DNA of 64,000 bases from Eledone cirrhosa. Its lineage: Eukaryota. The stretch is from contig OZ024742.1 of the NCBI GenBank assembly GCA_964016885.1, positions 191,208,001-191,272,000 of the forward strand, given 5' to 3'. Position numbers and translations under genes: made by a program. This document shows positions 27,035 through 41,869 of this stretch, one piece after another. The first letter of the stretch is position 1; every line of letters starts with the position of its first letter. The notes under the pieces were generated by a model. The model was not told the DNA's origin. It saw nothing but the letters and a program-made list of their open reading frames with translations, and searched no databases.

Positions 27035-29180
27035 GAATAATCAAAACTATGTTCAAAACATTTTATTGCTGACAATCTGTTCTTCCAAACATTCGTTTGG
27101 AATCATGGGAGCACTAGCAAAGTTTAGACATATAATTAACCTCCTATTCCACCGCACAATCGTAAAGGTACATAGATGTTAATGTTGTCATTAACAGTGT
27201 CATATTTAAAGAGTGAAGATGATGTGGTCAGTATCAATGGATGCAACAAAGATGATAAAAGAATAATACAACAATTATAGAGGAATTAAAGAAGAAAGTT
27301 ACTCGCAAAACGAGGACATTAGCAGTACATATGCAAGCGTATAGAAATAGTGCAGATGTGTTAGGCATGTACAGAATAAGCAGGTAAGAAACAGCAATTC
27401 TACTAAGCATATATATCACAGTATAGCAAAGGTATGACATAATACATTACAGCTATAAAAGCATATTAAGCAGGCAGTGATGCTTGGGTATGAAAAGTAG
27501 TTTCCATGAAGTTTATGGTGGATGTAGTGTGATAATTGTCCCGGTAATGTTCAAATGTGCATGTGTTGTGACTATTAATATTAAGGTTTTCCTTTCCATT
27601 ACATTGGTTACATTTTAGTAAATGTTTATCAGTAGTTATAACTATTGATCCTATTACAATCTTATCAAGGGTTCGAATTGTTCTGGAGTGATCTGTCTAA
27701 CGGTTTAATTTCAGGAAGTGAATTAGAGATCTATATTAAGGGGAGCTAATGTGAAAGGGGAGGTAAATGGCGATTAATTTGTATATAAGAGAAACAAATG
27801 TATAGTTGTTTACAGCTCCAGTTAATAAAATTCTATGTGTTAATATACAATATATTATGTTATATGTGAATTCTTTTATATAATGCTATTTATTTTTAAA
27901 TTTATATATTTAATTTTAATTACAATCTTTTTTCCTATAATACATTAAAGGTCTCATTTTAAAACGACCTACCCATATACTAATTAAATGAATAAAATAT
28001 TAGTAAGTTATAGTAGTTATATTAAATGGTGGTAACTCTATGTTTATTCCTAATAGTTATTGTAGAGTATAAGATTTGGGATAAATAGGAGGTAAGTATA
28101 GGAATGAGCTGATCATAGAATGTGATGCTGTAGGGCTAATTATATGCTGATAAAACCTAGTGGTAAAGTGTTAATGGGGGTGAGGAATCGAGATCTGACA
28201 TTGTTATATACTAGCAGCTAGGTTTAAAGTTGTGGAAAGAGTGTCGGTGGTAGTGTTGGCACATGGAACACATTTCTGACTTTCTATTTAAGAGGTTTAG
28301 CTTAGAATAGATTATAGTGCCGGTTTCTAGAAGACAGAGGTTACATAATTTATTCGGTGGTTTATACGATGCGGCCTTATCTATTACTTCCCATTGAAGT
28401 GTATATGGTATATTCGTAGTTTTCAGAGAGTGTATGTAGTTAGATAAAGAAGTGGAGTTGGCTAGATTGCGATTTTTGAAAGTGTGGAGATGCGAGTTAT
28501 ATCTCGTCTTGAAGTAGTTCGAAAGAACCGGTATATATATGTTTTTGAAGTGTTGTTTGTATAGACTGTGCATGAGTAAATGATGTCCTTGATTAAGCAA
28601 TTTTTTCCTAAGGGGTAAGTTCTATTTGTCCTACAGTTACAGTTATTCTGCTTGTTTACTTGCTGGTTAATAGGATGTGTAGATGTATGGTTGTTAGGGG
28701 TAGCATTAGGGTAATGATGATTATTATTCCCATTGTTATTAATTTCATTAGTGCTATTACTATTATTGCTACTATAATTCTCTGGTACTATGTTGTTATG
28801 TAAGTTCACCCCCTGTTGTGATTTAATTAGTTGGAAATAATTATTATCTTCTTTTTATTACTACTAGCTATATGGTGCGCGATGTTAGGTTTGATAGAGT
28901 AAGACATTTTAATGGTATTTTTATTGATAAGTTTATGGTAATTGTGGCCGACTGGGAAATTTTTTCTAAGTTTGAGAAGAACACGTTATGGAAGTTGATC
29001 GAGACGTTTAGATTGAAAGGGGGATTGAAAAGTGTTTTAGTACTTCTATTTTTGTTTTTTGAATTTCATATTTATTTCGTGTTTTTCATACTTTAACTCA
29101 GCTATTATATAATGTAATCTTTTTTCCTACTGATTTTGTATATCTAAGTTTGTTTATATAACACTTCATACATTATAAAA
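27035..29180 (-). mobile_element. 5'-truncated Penelope-like element (Naiad-like) with linker, GIY-YIG endonuclease, long 3' UTR and decayed HHR
   Basis: LFNPPFNLNV..INKNTIKMSYSIKPNI; CNCRTNRTYPLGKNCLIKDIIYSC; FKTRYNSHLHTF..TSLSNYIHSLK..CNLCLLE..LNRKSEMCSMCQH (frameshifted). Decayed HHR plus AATAAA at 27062-27112. Confidence 0.88.
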
Positions 29181-29938
29181 GCACTATCTTTAAAGCGTGT
29201 ACGGCAATATATATGTGAGCCCTTGTGGCTAACAGAGAAGAGACTATTATTCCCATTATTATAAATAGTATTAGCAAATTACTTTCAGTTATACATTCTC
29301 CATAAAATCAATAGTCTATCTAGAGTGTAATTTGAAAAAGATATGGCTGCTATTTCTAACATCCTAGTTACCATGTACACTTTTTTTTCGTTGGCTCACA
29401 GACACATAACAGAGTAGGGTGTAATATGAGGTAGATTTAACGTCCATCTTTAGCATGGTTTATTACACACACATCCACACACACACACATAATAAATGAG
29501 TATCGTACGACTTTAGGGAAATTCGACTGCATAGCTATTGTGTATATGTCTGATTCATTGGTTCATATTTAAATTACGAAGCACTAACGCACCAAAAATC
29601 AAAATAACGGTATATGCGGACACCCAGACGATATGTTTATGGATAATAAACATACTTTTAACGCTGCCATGAGTATTTAAAATGTGGTTTAAGTATACGG
29701 AGGCAATGACAGTGGGAGTTGGTTCCTCTCTGTTTGGACCTGGTGTACATATGTGTTTGACTGATTTATTATTCTTTTTTTTTATTATTTTATATGTTGG
29801 ATTAGCATAAATGTTATTTGTCATTATAAGGCTTACTTGCAACGAGTGTGATTGTCTTTAAATCTCAGATATTTTAAACAAACTATTTTCCATGAAAGCT
29901 GATGCACTGATATATATATGCAGAGAGAGAAAGGGAGA

Positions 29939-29995
<57 letters not shown>

Positions 29996-30041
29996 ACACA
30001 CACACATATATACATTCATACATACACACAACCACACACAC

Positions 30042-30117
<76 letters not shown>

Positions 30118-30731
30118 GTATATATATATATGTGTGTATGTGTGTATGTGTGTGTGTGTGAGAGAGAGAGTGAAGGTGTTGTGGTGGGTGGAAAAGTTTG
30201 AGAATAGATAATTGTAGGAAACATATTTCTGACTAAACTATTCACAAGATTCTTCTTCACTAAGTCAAATAAATATTTTAGCAAGATTACATTCCCACTT
30301 TAAAGCGGTTTCACTCGATCACGCGCCATTGGCTAACTGGATGTGACGTATGAAAAAATGACACTGTCATGGCGTCTATTAATATTCTCTTATGGCACTC
30401 TTTAAAGTGATGTAATAAAGTGGAGTGAATCAAAAAAAGTATAAGACATTCAATCATTTTCCCTTGGATTACTGATAGGAATGTTGTGTGTGGCTGTGAG
30501 ATACTGGCTAGCAAGTTAAATGGACTAGTTATTGTTCATGCGTTAAAACATTCAAGCGTTCAAATTTTAATTTCAATAAACATATAGTATTTTATATATT
30601 CAATATATATATATGTTTAATACATTAATGTATCTCATTATATATATATATATATACTTACCTAAATATCTACACACATATACACACACACATATATATA
30701 TTGATATATGCATATATACACATATGCATAA

Positions 30732-30763
<32 letters not shown>

Positions 30764-30789
30764 ATATATATATATGTATTTATACATAC

Positions 30790-30839
<50 letters not shown>

Positions 30840-30865
30840 ATATATATATATGTATTTATACATAC

Positions 30866-30928
<63 letters not shown>

Positions 30929-30968
30929 CCAGTCAAAGTATAGCTTAATGTTTTCTCTGTTTATGTAG

Positions 30969-31016
<48 letters not shown>

Positions 31017-31509
31017 CGTGTGTGATATGCGTGTATATAAAATATAATATATATGTATATATATTACTTTAAATATATTTTTATCCATTTTGTTTCGTCC
31101 TTTGTCCCTCTCTTCATATCCTCTGGATCTCTCTCTCTCTCACACTTTATCTTTCTTTCTCTCTCTTTCTCTTTTATTCTCCCATCTTCTCGCTTTTATT
31201 CTAAAGAATACTTTTCCACGTGTTCCTGTCATTACTTATTTCGGTTGCTTATGGAAGTGGAAATAAAAAAGGCTCAGTTATTGATTTCTAAAATAATTGT
31301 TTTCTTGCATAGGAAGAAATGAGAGGTATGCACGTGAGGGTGTGGTTGGTAATACTTCATAAGTTTTCTGACGTTCATTCTTTCTACTATAAAAAGTCAT
31401 ATTGCGATGGAAGGGAAGTGAATGGGAAGTGAATGTTATCTATTTAGAATCGAACAGTGGTGGTAAATACGGTTCAGCGACAATTTACCTTGAATACGTT
31501 GATTGTCAC

Positions 31510-32490
31510 ATAATAATAATGGTAATGGTTTCTGATATAAGCACAAGATCAACAATTTTTTTGGCAAAGAAATGTAGATTAAGTCGACTCCAATGCGATA
31601 CAGGTACTTTATTTTATTGAATCGGAAAGGATGAACGGAAAAGCTAACCTTGTGGGGTTTGAAATCAGGACGTAAAAGGACGCAACACAATGCCGTAAAG
31701 CATGTTGTCCGAGGCCCTACCGATGCTGCCAATAATAATGATAATGATTTTTTTTTCTTTTAGCACAAGGCTAGCAATTTAAAGCGGAAGTAAAAGTCGC
31801 TGAAATCGACCCCAGTGCGTTACAGTTACTTTATTTTATCGAACCCGTAAGGATGAAAGACAAAGCTAACCTCGGTTGAGTTTGAACTCAGAATGTAAAA
31901 GGTCGTAGCTATGTGCAAAGCATGCTGTCTGTTGCTCTACTGAAGCTGCCAATAATAATGGTTTCTGATATAGGCACAAGGTCAGCAATTTGAAGGGAGG
32001 GGAAAGTCGATTAAATCTACCCCAGTGCATTACTGGTAATGTATTGTATAGACCCCGTAAGGATAAGAGGCAAAGCTAACCTCGGCGGGGTTTGAACTCA
32101 GAACTATCCCGCAAAGTATGTTGTACGTTTCTCTACCGAAGTTGCCAATAATAATAATTGTTTCTACTTTTGGCACGAGGCCAGCAATTACCGAGTGTAT
32201 TACTGGTACTTTATTTTATCGACCCCGTAAGGATGAAAGGCAAAGTTAACCTCGGCGCGATTTGAACTCAGAACGTAAAGAGACGTAGCTCTTTGCTGCC
32301 AAGCTGGTGTCTGACATTTTACCGATCCTGCCATTCCAAAATATTAAGCCTTTCTAACATTAGCACATGACAAGTAATTTTATTTTTTGTTCGGTTGGGC
32401 GAGTCGATTAAAATGACCTCAATACTTGATGGGCACTCTAGTTATCCACGTTGGAAGGATGACAGTTAAACCAACCTTACTCGATATGTC
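31510..32490 (-). mobile_element. Head-to-tail array of ~5 family A SINEs (~210-bp units)
   Basis: Unit AATAATAAT..TTTCT..GGCACAAGG..GGTACTTTATTTTATCGACCCCGTAAGGATGAAAGGCAAAG..TTTGAACTCAG repeats at ~31510, 31730, 31950, 32150 and 32350. Confidence 0.9.
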
Positions 32491-33097
32491 AAATTATAGT
32501 CGGCAGAAATTCCATAAAACGCAAACAGTGTAATTTATGGTCGTATAGAAAATAGACTTATTAAGCGGTATGTGAATTGGATCAATTAGGACTGAGATCA
32601 GAATTGAAATAATTTTTGATACCGATGTAAACATTATCCACAGTTGGGGGAAGATGTTATGATCGTGAGGGGTAGAAAGAAATGAAACACGTGTCCCCCG
32701 GTAGATGTGTAACATTAGTGCGCATGCACGGCACAGCAGAAGTTAGTTGTGAGGAACAGTGTCTTGCAAGGAAAAGGTATATTAAACAATATTGATGACG
32801 ATATTGATGGTAGTGGTGATGATGATGATGACAATGACGACGACGTTATAAGTGACAGCTTATTATGTACAGGAAACACATTAAACATAAATAAGGAGGC
32901 TGGACTGGTGTAAATCCTTGAAAGGTTTATTATACTATAATCATTTCAATGACCGGGTTCAGTATGAATCCGGTGATATTATCAGGTATTAGAAATATAA
33001 CAAAGGAATATAACAGATATAATCCATGGGGCTGAAAATCAGAGACAAGAGGACGACCGACTATTTAGCAGCTTCTACCTATCTCGGCCGCCCTTGA

Positions 33098-33152
<55 letters not shown>

Positions 33153-33870
33153 ATACATTAACAGAGAAAGCTTTAAGCAATACTCCGACCGACATTTATC
33201 TCACGCAACAAACATTAGGATATACCTGAGTATAACCTTAATTGTATGTTTGGGGTGCTAACTATATTGTATTTTGCAGATAGCCGGCTGTATTATTTTA
33301 TATAAGAAATAATTAAATACATCTCTCCTTCCAAACGATCGTTTCGTTAAATGTTTTCTACAAATTGGGAAAATAATGTCCAGGTTATGTAGAAGCCTGC
33401 ATATAGTCCATAGATATACATGCAGGTGGGCACTTATAACTCATAAGTGGATGCCCAGCAATATCAATATAAAAAACCATACTGATATTAATATTCAGCG
33501 ATGGTCCCCGTCATTGCTAGAATGACCGCCAAATTTGAAATTCCAGCAGTCTCTCAAAAAGAAATTTCAAACTGTCCCCAAACGGGAAGGGGAGGTCATC
33601 GTAAAACATAAAATAATATATACGCAGGTCAATTAATTCTGTCATGAATTTTAACCACGCGTGAAGAACTCATTTGGATATTAAAAAAATAAATATATAT
33701 ATGTATTATTTATACACACATAGATGTATTTTCTCAGGCAAAAACGGACATGAGATACCGGCAAAACAATCGATACTTCATACAAAGAAGAAATAAAGAA
33801 AGTCATACCTAGATATCAGGAATTTTCATCACCGGCCATTCAAGAGTATGATACTTAGTACATTAACTGA

Positions 33871-33929
<59 letters not shown>

Positions 33930-33934
<5 letters not shown>

Positions 33935-34048
33935 GTTTCTACGTTAGGCACAAGGCCAGCAAATTACCCAGTGTATTACTGGTACTTTATTTTATCGACC
34001 CCGTAAGGATGAAAGGCAAAGTTAACCTCGGCGGGATTTGAACTCAGT
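33930..34048 (-). mobile_element. Family A SINE fragment; further copies at ~5815, 10275, 13322(+), 38215(+), 49755(+) and 54250(+)
   Basis: Near-identical core to the 32150 and 47520 copies. Confidence 0.85.
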
Positions 34049-34097
34049 ATATATATATATACATATATATAATATATGTATAATATATGTATAATAT

Positions 34098-34177
<80 letters not shown>

Positions 34178-34650
34178 CTGGTACTGCTTTGCACTCACTA
34201 CCATCCTTCCTAATCTTCATCAGAATCCCAGATATAGCATGTGTTGAAGCTTATCATGTTTATCATAATTTCTCTTCTATATCTCGTTGAATGCGTTCAT
34301 AAATTTCTAAACATATACCGCCATTTTGTCTATCTCTATGCTGCTGCTTTATCATATTATATGGGGATTTCCCTCTCTTTGTTTTGATCTTTATTGCTAT
34401 GGATTTTAAAATAATTTTTAGTTACATTATGGATTATCTGTCAATTAGAGAAGAAACAGGGAAATATTTAGTTTCCAATCACTTTATTCAAACATAGAAA
34501 TACTATATTCGTTTTAATTTATATTTTCTCACCTATCTTTTCTCCTCTACACCCTTTTCTCTTTTCCATTTCTCTCACGATATATTCTACCTCTTTTCTC
34601 CGCCTATTATACATTTGTGGGCGCACAAAAAGACACACACACACACGCAC

Positions 34651-34785
<135 letters not shown>

Positions 34786-36883
34786 CACACACCATAAATC
34801 CTTAATGAAATTGCTAAACCCTATATGAGCTTGGATTCTTCATCGATTTAGATAATTAATACCCATTTGTTCGATCAAAGTACGTGCAACGTATGAACTA
34901 ACGTGGTAGCTGTTGAGTATTTGACAGACACTTTAACCAATCAATATTTGAAAAGGCTTACATTTCTTTTGCACGGGCAGCCCATCCGACGGGCTTACAA
35001 AAAGTTTACGACTACGAAATTTCACTCAAGTATTGGCTCTACACGATATGCTAATCAACCTTCTCAATCACTCAGTCATAACTGTCTATATAAATCCATA
35101 TTGTGCTAACCAAGACTTACATTGATATATTAATCAAATTTTAGCCATTTCCATTTAATAACAGATATAAACAGATTACATAATGGAAAACATTTTAGAA
35201 CCCGAAGAAGCTAGTGAGAGTGAGTGTCTACAACAGCAGTAATTTTACATCTAGGATGCCTTATTTAACGTTAATAAATTCGGTTGAAGTGAATAGGAAG
35301 AACATTCTTTGTCTCGTGTTCAAATCGTTCGTCGGATAGTTGAAAACTACTCTCCGTCACCAAATTGCTATAGTATACCATGTCGAGTTATCTAGGACAG
35401 AATTTTGTAATTTCAACGAATATTTGTCCACTTCGTATTAACTTGAGAGAAGTGAACACGTTAAACAAGCGTGGGTTTTCTGATCTGAGATTCAATCTTG
35501 TGATTAATAGGAGAGAAAACAGAATATTTGATAGACATAATGTTCCCTTCTCTCGAAATACTATCTCATAGATAAAATCAGATACTGCCGTGTTTATCCT
35601 ATTTCTGAAGGGATCGGTGTGTACTGAAATATTTATTTTCATTAACTGTTTATTCATTAGCGGAATCATTTCTTTACGTTCAACTTAAATCACTATTTAC
35701 AAGAATTTATATATTTGGTTCTGTATTTGGGGTATATTTTAATCTCTCTCTCTCTCCCACTCTCTATCTCCCTCTTTCTCTCTCCCTCTCTCTTTCTCCC
35801 ACTCTCACCCACTCTCTGTGTTTGTGTCGTATATTTTTTATATATAAATAACGGTTTCTGGTTGAGGTACAACGGCAATTTTAATCATAACTATCGATGA
35901 TTCGGTGATGCCACAGTTTCCTAAATATACAAAGCAACAATGTATTTACCTGAAGTCTCGTTGGAATATCTTCTCGATTATAAGGTGCGTTCGCTGAAAA
36001 GCAACACGGGAAAAGAAAATCGTTAGATTTTGGTCGATATAAATATCTAGCTTCAAAGGATTAATGAAATATGAAAATATTTTATCAATTGAAACGTGAC
36101 TCATTCAGTTGAATTGTTGTGGTTAATTGCCTGCAGGAGTATGATGTAGAAAGTATGGCATACATAAAAATGAAGGCTTTAGTAATATGCATCTATGGAG
36201 ACAATAGACTACGTATTGGATTTTACTTGAAGAATGAATTGTTGACTAAGTAAACCAATGACACAGTAACTGAATATATCAATAGATGTAGAAAAGGGCA
36301 ATCATGTAAGTCTATACGTATGAATATCCACATATATATATGAGCATGTATAAGCTTATATGTATATATATATATATATATTATCTCTATAGTGTCTGTT
36401 TATCTCTGGGCGTGCTTGCGTTGACATATGTATGTAGAACGAGACAGGGAGTAAACAAAACCTCTGTCTTGTAATAAATAAATAGATGAATTGTTATCGA
36501 TTGTGATGCTAGAAGCCCTGTTGCGAAGAATGCGATGGAAAGCAATTCAATGCCGGTGGAAATTCAACAAACAAACGACACAGCAAACAAGAAACCACGC
36601 ACAATCAAATTCAGTTGGTGTTTCTGTGAAACCTTTGCAAGATTACCCAATATAAAGGAGAGGGGCAAGTGGGAGGAAATTTATAAAAGAGGGTCCGTGG
36701 CCTTCTGGATAATGAAAGCAACAATGTTAACAATTTAATTTGATATAGAACAAAAGTCATCTCATTGGGACTATTTCCATTGTGTCAATGCTATAAAGAT
36801 TAACATTTCTGTACTGTTTACAGATGAGATGAGATAAGATAATAGACCTAAGAAATAATATGAATACACACACACATTATATG

Positions 36884-36943
<60 letters not shown>

Positions 36944-37691
36944 TGTGTGTATGTATATATGTATGTGTGTGTGTGTGTATACCCAATTTTGAATGGTTTT
37001 TCGAAAGGTATCGGAGAGAAACGGCAGTAAAATAACATACTCAATTCATCAGTAGAGGAGATTATTTCTTTATTTTAGAAATGACTTCTATAGGACAAGA
37101 AATGTTTCATTTGTTTGAAATCATCATAAATGTCATACACAGAGGGGAAGAATATGAAAAAAGAATAAAACGAATGAAACAAAGAGGAGAGAAAATAGAA
37201 TTCAAGAAAAAGTTCTAATACAATTTTTTTAATCGCTTTTTTCCAAGCTATTAAGATGCCTTCGGTGAGTTATGCTTGTATACATTTCACGTCAGTTTTC
37301 TCACTCCTTTGAAATCTCTGAAATTGACGATACCTATAAATTAATGTTTAAACATACATAATTCAACCTGAATGAAACGTAACAGTTAATCCTATTATAT
37401 AACATTAAAGAATTGCTTGAATACACGTCAAATCCTTTGATTGGTGTTTTCTCCGATGTGAATGTTTAAAGAAAAGCTAGTAAAAATATTGTTTAATGAA
37501 GTGAAGTTAAACAGAATGGAAATAAAAGTGTATCCCTTTGTATGTTGACATTCGCATAAAACAGTTTCCATTAACGTTGTAAATCTTGTCATACTCTTTC
37601 ATTCTATTCCAGAAAATCTAGGGTTTAGTAGCAGAAAACGGTGTAGAATTCCGAACTAAATGTTTGTGCCATTACATCAATTTATTCCAGA

Positions 37692-38614
37692 GTAATAAGA
37701 CCTACACTCGAATACATCGCTACATGAAAATACTAGTACAATTATGACCCGTATAACTAAGTTATCCTCAATTACGAATGAGTGCCTTCGATTTAGAGTT
37801 TTCAATGTTTTGTACACTTAAGCCCAAGAGCTTAAGCATATTCCTATTGCATTTGATCTTTAACTTACACACATACGCACACACACGCACACACACACAC
37901 ACACACTTACACACACACTCATACAGACCCCCCCACACACTCACACACACACGAACACACACACACGCATACCTTGATATTTGTTCCGGATATATGCGCT
38001 TTGTGCTCAAATTCCGCTGGCTGATATGAACCTTGAGGTGGGGGGTGTCCATAAATAAAATAATACTTGACGGATCACTAGATTAGTCTGATTGTTAAAA
38101 CGTCAGAGTGGATATTCAGCGATATCTGAGTTCTTAGATGAAATTCAGACGTTTTTCTCCGGTAAAAAGGCAAGTATTTTGCTCGGCGTTTCCTTTAGGT
38201 TCTAAGAAAGGCAGTTGATTGGCATAATTGATAGACTATCCGTTGGAATGCGTTACGATATTTGTTCCGGTGGCCTTTGTGTACTGTGTTCAAATCCTGC
38301 CGAGAAATGCTTTCTGTTTTTTTTTGTTTTTTGTTTTATACATTTGGAGTTGATAACGAATATAACATCTCAGTTCTAGTACAGCACACTCTCACCCTTT
38401 AAGTTTCACACAGTGGATGTACTGCTGGCACAATTGTAATAAGACCGACACTCAAATGCATCGCTACATAAAAATACTAGTACAATTATGGCCCGTATAA
38501 CTAAGTCATCCTCAATTATGAATGAGTGCCTTCGATTTAGAGTTTTCAATGTTTTGTACACTTTAGCCCAAGAGCTTAGAGTATCCTTATTGCATTTGAT
38601 CTTTACATTACACA
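37692..38614. repeat. Direct duplication of ~180 bp (37692-37870 and 38436-38614), each followed by (CA)n
   Basis: GTAATAAGACC..CATCGCTACAT..AATGAGTGCCTTCGATTTAGAGTTTTCAATGTTTTGTACACTT occurs twice. Confidence 0.9.
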
Positions 38615-38642
38615 CACACACACATACACATACACACACACA

Positions 38643-38727
<85 letters not shown>

Positions 38728-38731
<4 letters not shown>

Positions 38732-39768
38732 CACAAGAATCAAAGCTATGTTCAAAGCATTTATTCACTTACAATTGTTTCATCCAAACCTAGGCTTGTA
38801 ATCTTCGGACCATTTTTCAATGTTTGTACATATAATTGACTTCCTATCCAACGCAGGAGACATACATATACATATACATATATATTGATGTACAGTGGAG
38901 TGGCATATATTATACTATACTATATTTGTACAGCAATTCAAATTCAAAATCAAAATCAAAATTAAAATTAAAATTAAAATACATTCGGCAGATAACACAG
39001 ATAATGCAAGAGGATAGTTTGATAGTCAGATCGAGTAGATAGTGTATGCGTTAGTTACACATGGAGCATGCAAGTGTGTCTCATTTATATACGATTATTG
39101 TGTGGCAAGGTGTTACATGTAATGCACGCACTTTAAGTGGCTAAGCAAGAGTATTATGGTGGTTGTAGTGGTAGGGTATTTTTTGTATAGATCAAAAATC
39201 TATGTGTGCAGAAAAAGAAAAAGAATCGATAGACTGACTATAACTTTCTTTTTCTTGTTCTTTTTCTTTTTCTTTTTTCTTTTTCTGCACACATACTTTT
39301 TTGATCTATACAAAAAATACCCTACCACTACAACCACCATAATACTCTTGCTTACCCGCTTAAAGTGCTTGCATTACATGTAACACCTTGCCACACAATA
39401 ATCGTATATAAATGAGACACACTTGCATGCTCCATGTGTAACTAACGCATACACTACCTACTAGATCTGACTATGAAACTATCCTCTTGCATTATCTGTG
39501 TTATCTGCCGAATGTATTTTAATTTTAATTGTTATTTTGATTTTGATTTTGAATTTGAATTGCTGTACAAATATAGTATAGTATAATATATGCCACTCCA
39601 CTGTACATCAATATATATATATATGTATATGTATGTCTCCTGCGTTGGATAGGAGGGCAATTATATGTACAAGCATTGAAAAATGCTCCGAAGACTCCAA
39701 GCCTAGGTTTGGTTGAAACAATTGTAAGTGAATAAATGCTTTGAACATAACTTTTATTCTTGTGAATT
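38728..39768. repeat. ~1-kb inverted repeat (~500-bp arms, ~40-bp spacer) of a PLE-like 3' UTR
   Basis: Arms are highly similar reverse complements. The right arm ends CCGAAGA-..CCAAGC ctag GTTTGG..-GAAACAATTGTA-AGTG-AATAAA (decayed HHR, 39688-39736). Confidence 0.93.
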
Positions 39769-39867
39769 CTATATAACTGCTCTGTAGAACAACTGATGTT
39801 ATTACATTGAGCTATTTATCTTACTGGTAATCAGGTAGTAATAAACTACTGACCTTCCCTGTTTATA

Positions 39868-39944
39868 GTTTAAAATATACTTAACTATAAAATGTTTAAA
39901 ATATACATAACTATAAAAAGTTTAAAATATACATAACTATAAAT
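39868..39944. repeat. Three ~26-bp tandem repeats
   Basis: GTTTAAAATATAC(A/T)TAACTATAAA x3. Confidence 0.8.
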
Positions 39945-40083
39945 AGTATCCTTAATATTATATATATATATATATATCAAATAGGGTGTGGGAAAAACCA
40001 GGTAGACCATAACACACCAGAATACTCGGTGTTTGGGGTAGTAGCTATCGAAAGGGCTGGAGCTCAGCCGTCGGGTCCTGAAT

Positions 40084-40136
<53 letters not shown>

Positions 40137-40629
40137 AAAAGAGGGAGAGAGAGGGGAGGGGGGGGAATACGATATATAACAAGATAGTCAAACATTGCCT
40201 GGTGTATTTTAATGGACGAGGAACGAGATGAAAGAACAATTCAGAACACTGACTGATACTATGAAGTTAATAAAAAAAACACACCTGAAATTTCATGGCA
40301 ATGATAAAAATACAAAACAAGTTACGATTGTAACGAAGAACATAATGTTTATTCAAACCTATAAAAACTAAAACCAAGAGACATAAAATGTGGGTGACAC
40401 TGAGAAGGAAGAAAATTATTGGCAAAATAGTTAACTCTCCATGCCCAAACCGTGCAGAGTCTATAAACAAAGAAATAAAATAACTTGTCATATAACAGAA
40501 GTAAAATGTGATAGGATTATCTCACAGTTAAAATGGTAAAAGACTGCATGGGGTAAGGGAGGAAACTGCGTCACGCCACAGCTTACTAATACTAAGGATT
40601 AATACAAAAAAAACCCAGGAGTGTTGGGA

Positions 40630-41020
40630 GAGAAGAAAGTCGATGAAATCGACACCAGTTTGTGACTGGTACTTTATTTTATCGACGACCCCGCAAGGAT
40701 GAAAGGCAAAGTTAACCTCTGCGGGATTTGAACTCAGAACATAAAGGGTCGTAACTCGACTCTCTACCGATGCTGAAAATACACCGCCCTTATCATTAAT
40801 ACCAAAAATGATTTCTAGTATAGGCACAAGGTCAGTAATTTGGGAGGAGGGCAATGTCGATTAAATCGACCCACAGTACGTTACTGGTACTTTATTTTCT
40901 CGTCCCAGTAAGGATGTAAGGTAATGTTAACGTCGGCGAGACTTGATCTCAGACCGTAAAAGGCCATAACTCTATGCTTTAAATCATGGTGTCCGACGCT
41001 CTACTGATACTGCCAATCCA
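40630..41020 (-). mobile_element. Two tandem family A SINEs
   Basis: Same core motif twice (~40660-40790 and ~40805-41020). Confidence 0.85.
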
Positions 41021-41624
41021 ATGACAACAGGTACGGTAAGAAACAGATAGACGTATAAGATTGGGCAAATAAAGGATAGTATAGCTAGCTACACAGGCAA
41101 CATCAACGAGTCCTGTCGTTCAACTGGCTACTGACGTTCTATTCAGTAATGCTGATTTCATTACGGAATGAGGCACAGCTTGTCCTGTAAAATCACTTCA
41201 CAATCAAATAAAATAGTACCTTCTCTACATGATGTATTGAATGTCTTATTTTAGTTGTAGTTCCCATCCATTAACTAACGAAACACCATTTTATAGATAT
41301 GATTTTAGTATCGAAAATACGTTATGGAATGATTCGTGGTAGTGATGATAATGGCGTTGTAGTTAGTCGTAGTGGTGATGTCGTTGATGGTGTTGGTAGT
41401 AGTGTGTGATTATTTCTCTTATTTTATGAGAAAATGTAATGTTTAAGTATGACCACTAACCATGCAAAATAGCATGTACGAGAGTGTAGCATGTGACATA
41501 ATGGGATACGGTTGTGAAAGGGATCTTGTGAAAGAACATCATGTTCAATATTGAAAGCAACTAATTGGAAATGTTCCTGTACGTGTGTCTGTATCTCTCT
41601 AGTTAACCACCTTCAAGTATTTAT

Positions 41625-41869
41625 ATGCAACCGGTAGGAGACCCAGGGCTAGACCCGGAGTCAGGTGGCTGGTTAACATCCATGAGATTGGCTCGTCTCG
41701 CATGGCGATCTAGCTGGATTGGATTAGTTGGAGATGGTTGCTTTTGACAGGACCCGCGGGTGGGGGTATTTGGAGACACAGCCCCGACGACCCTCTGAAA
41801 ATTAAGTGGTAATAAGACAAGAAGAAGAAGAAGAAGAAGAAGAAGAAGAAGAAGAAGAAGAAGAAGAAG

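Noticed and set aside
31510-32490. CRISPR-like periodicity
   Set aside because: Units are ~210-bp diverged SINEs without unique spacers; eukaryotic context and no cas genes.
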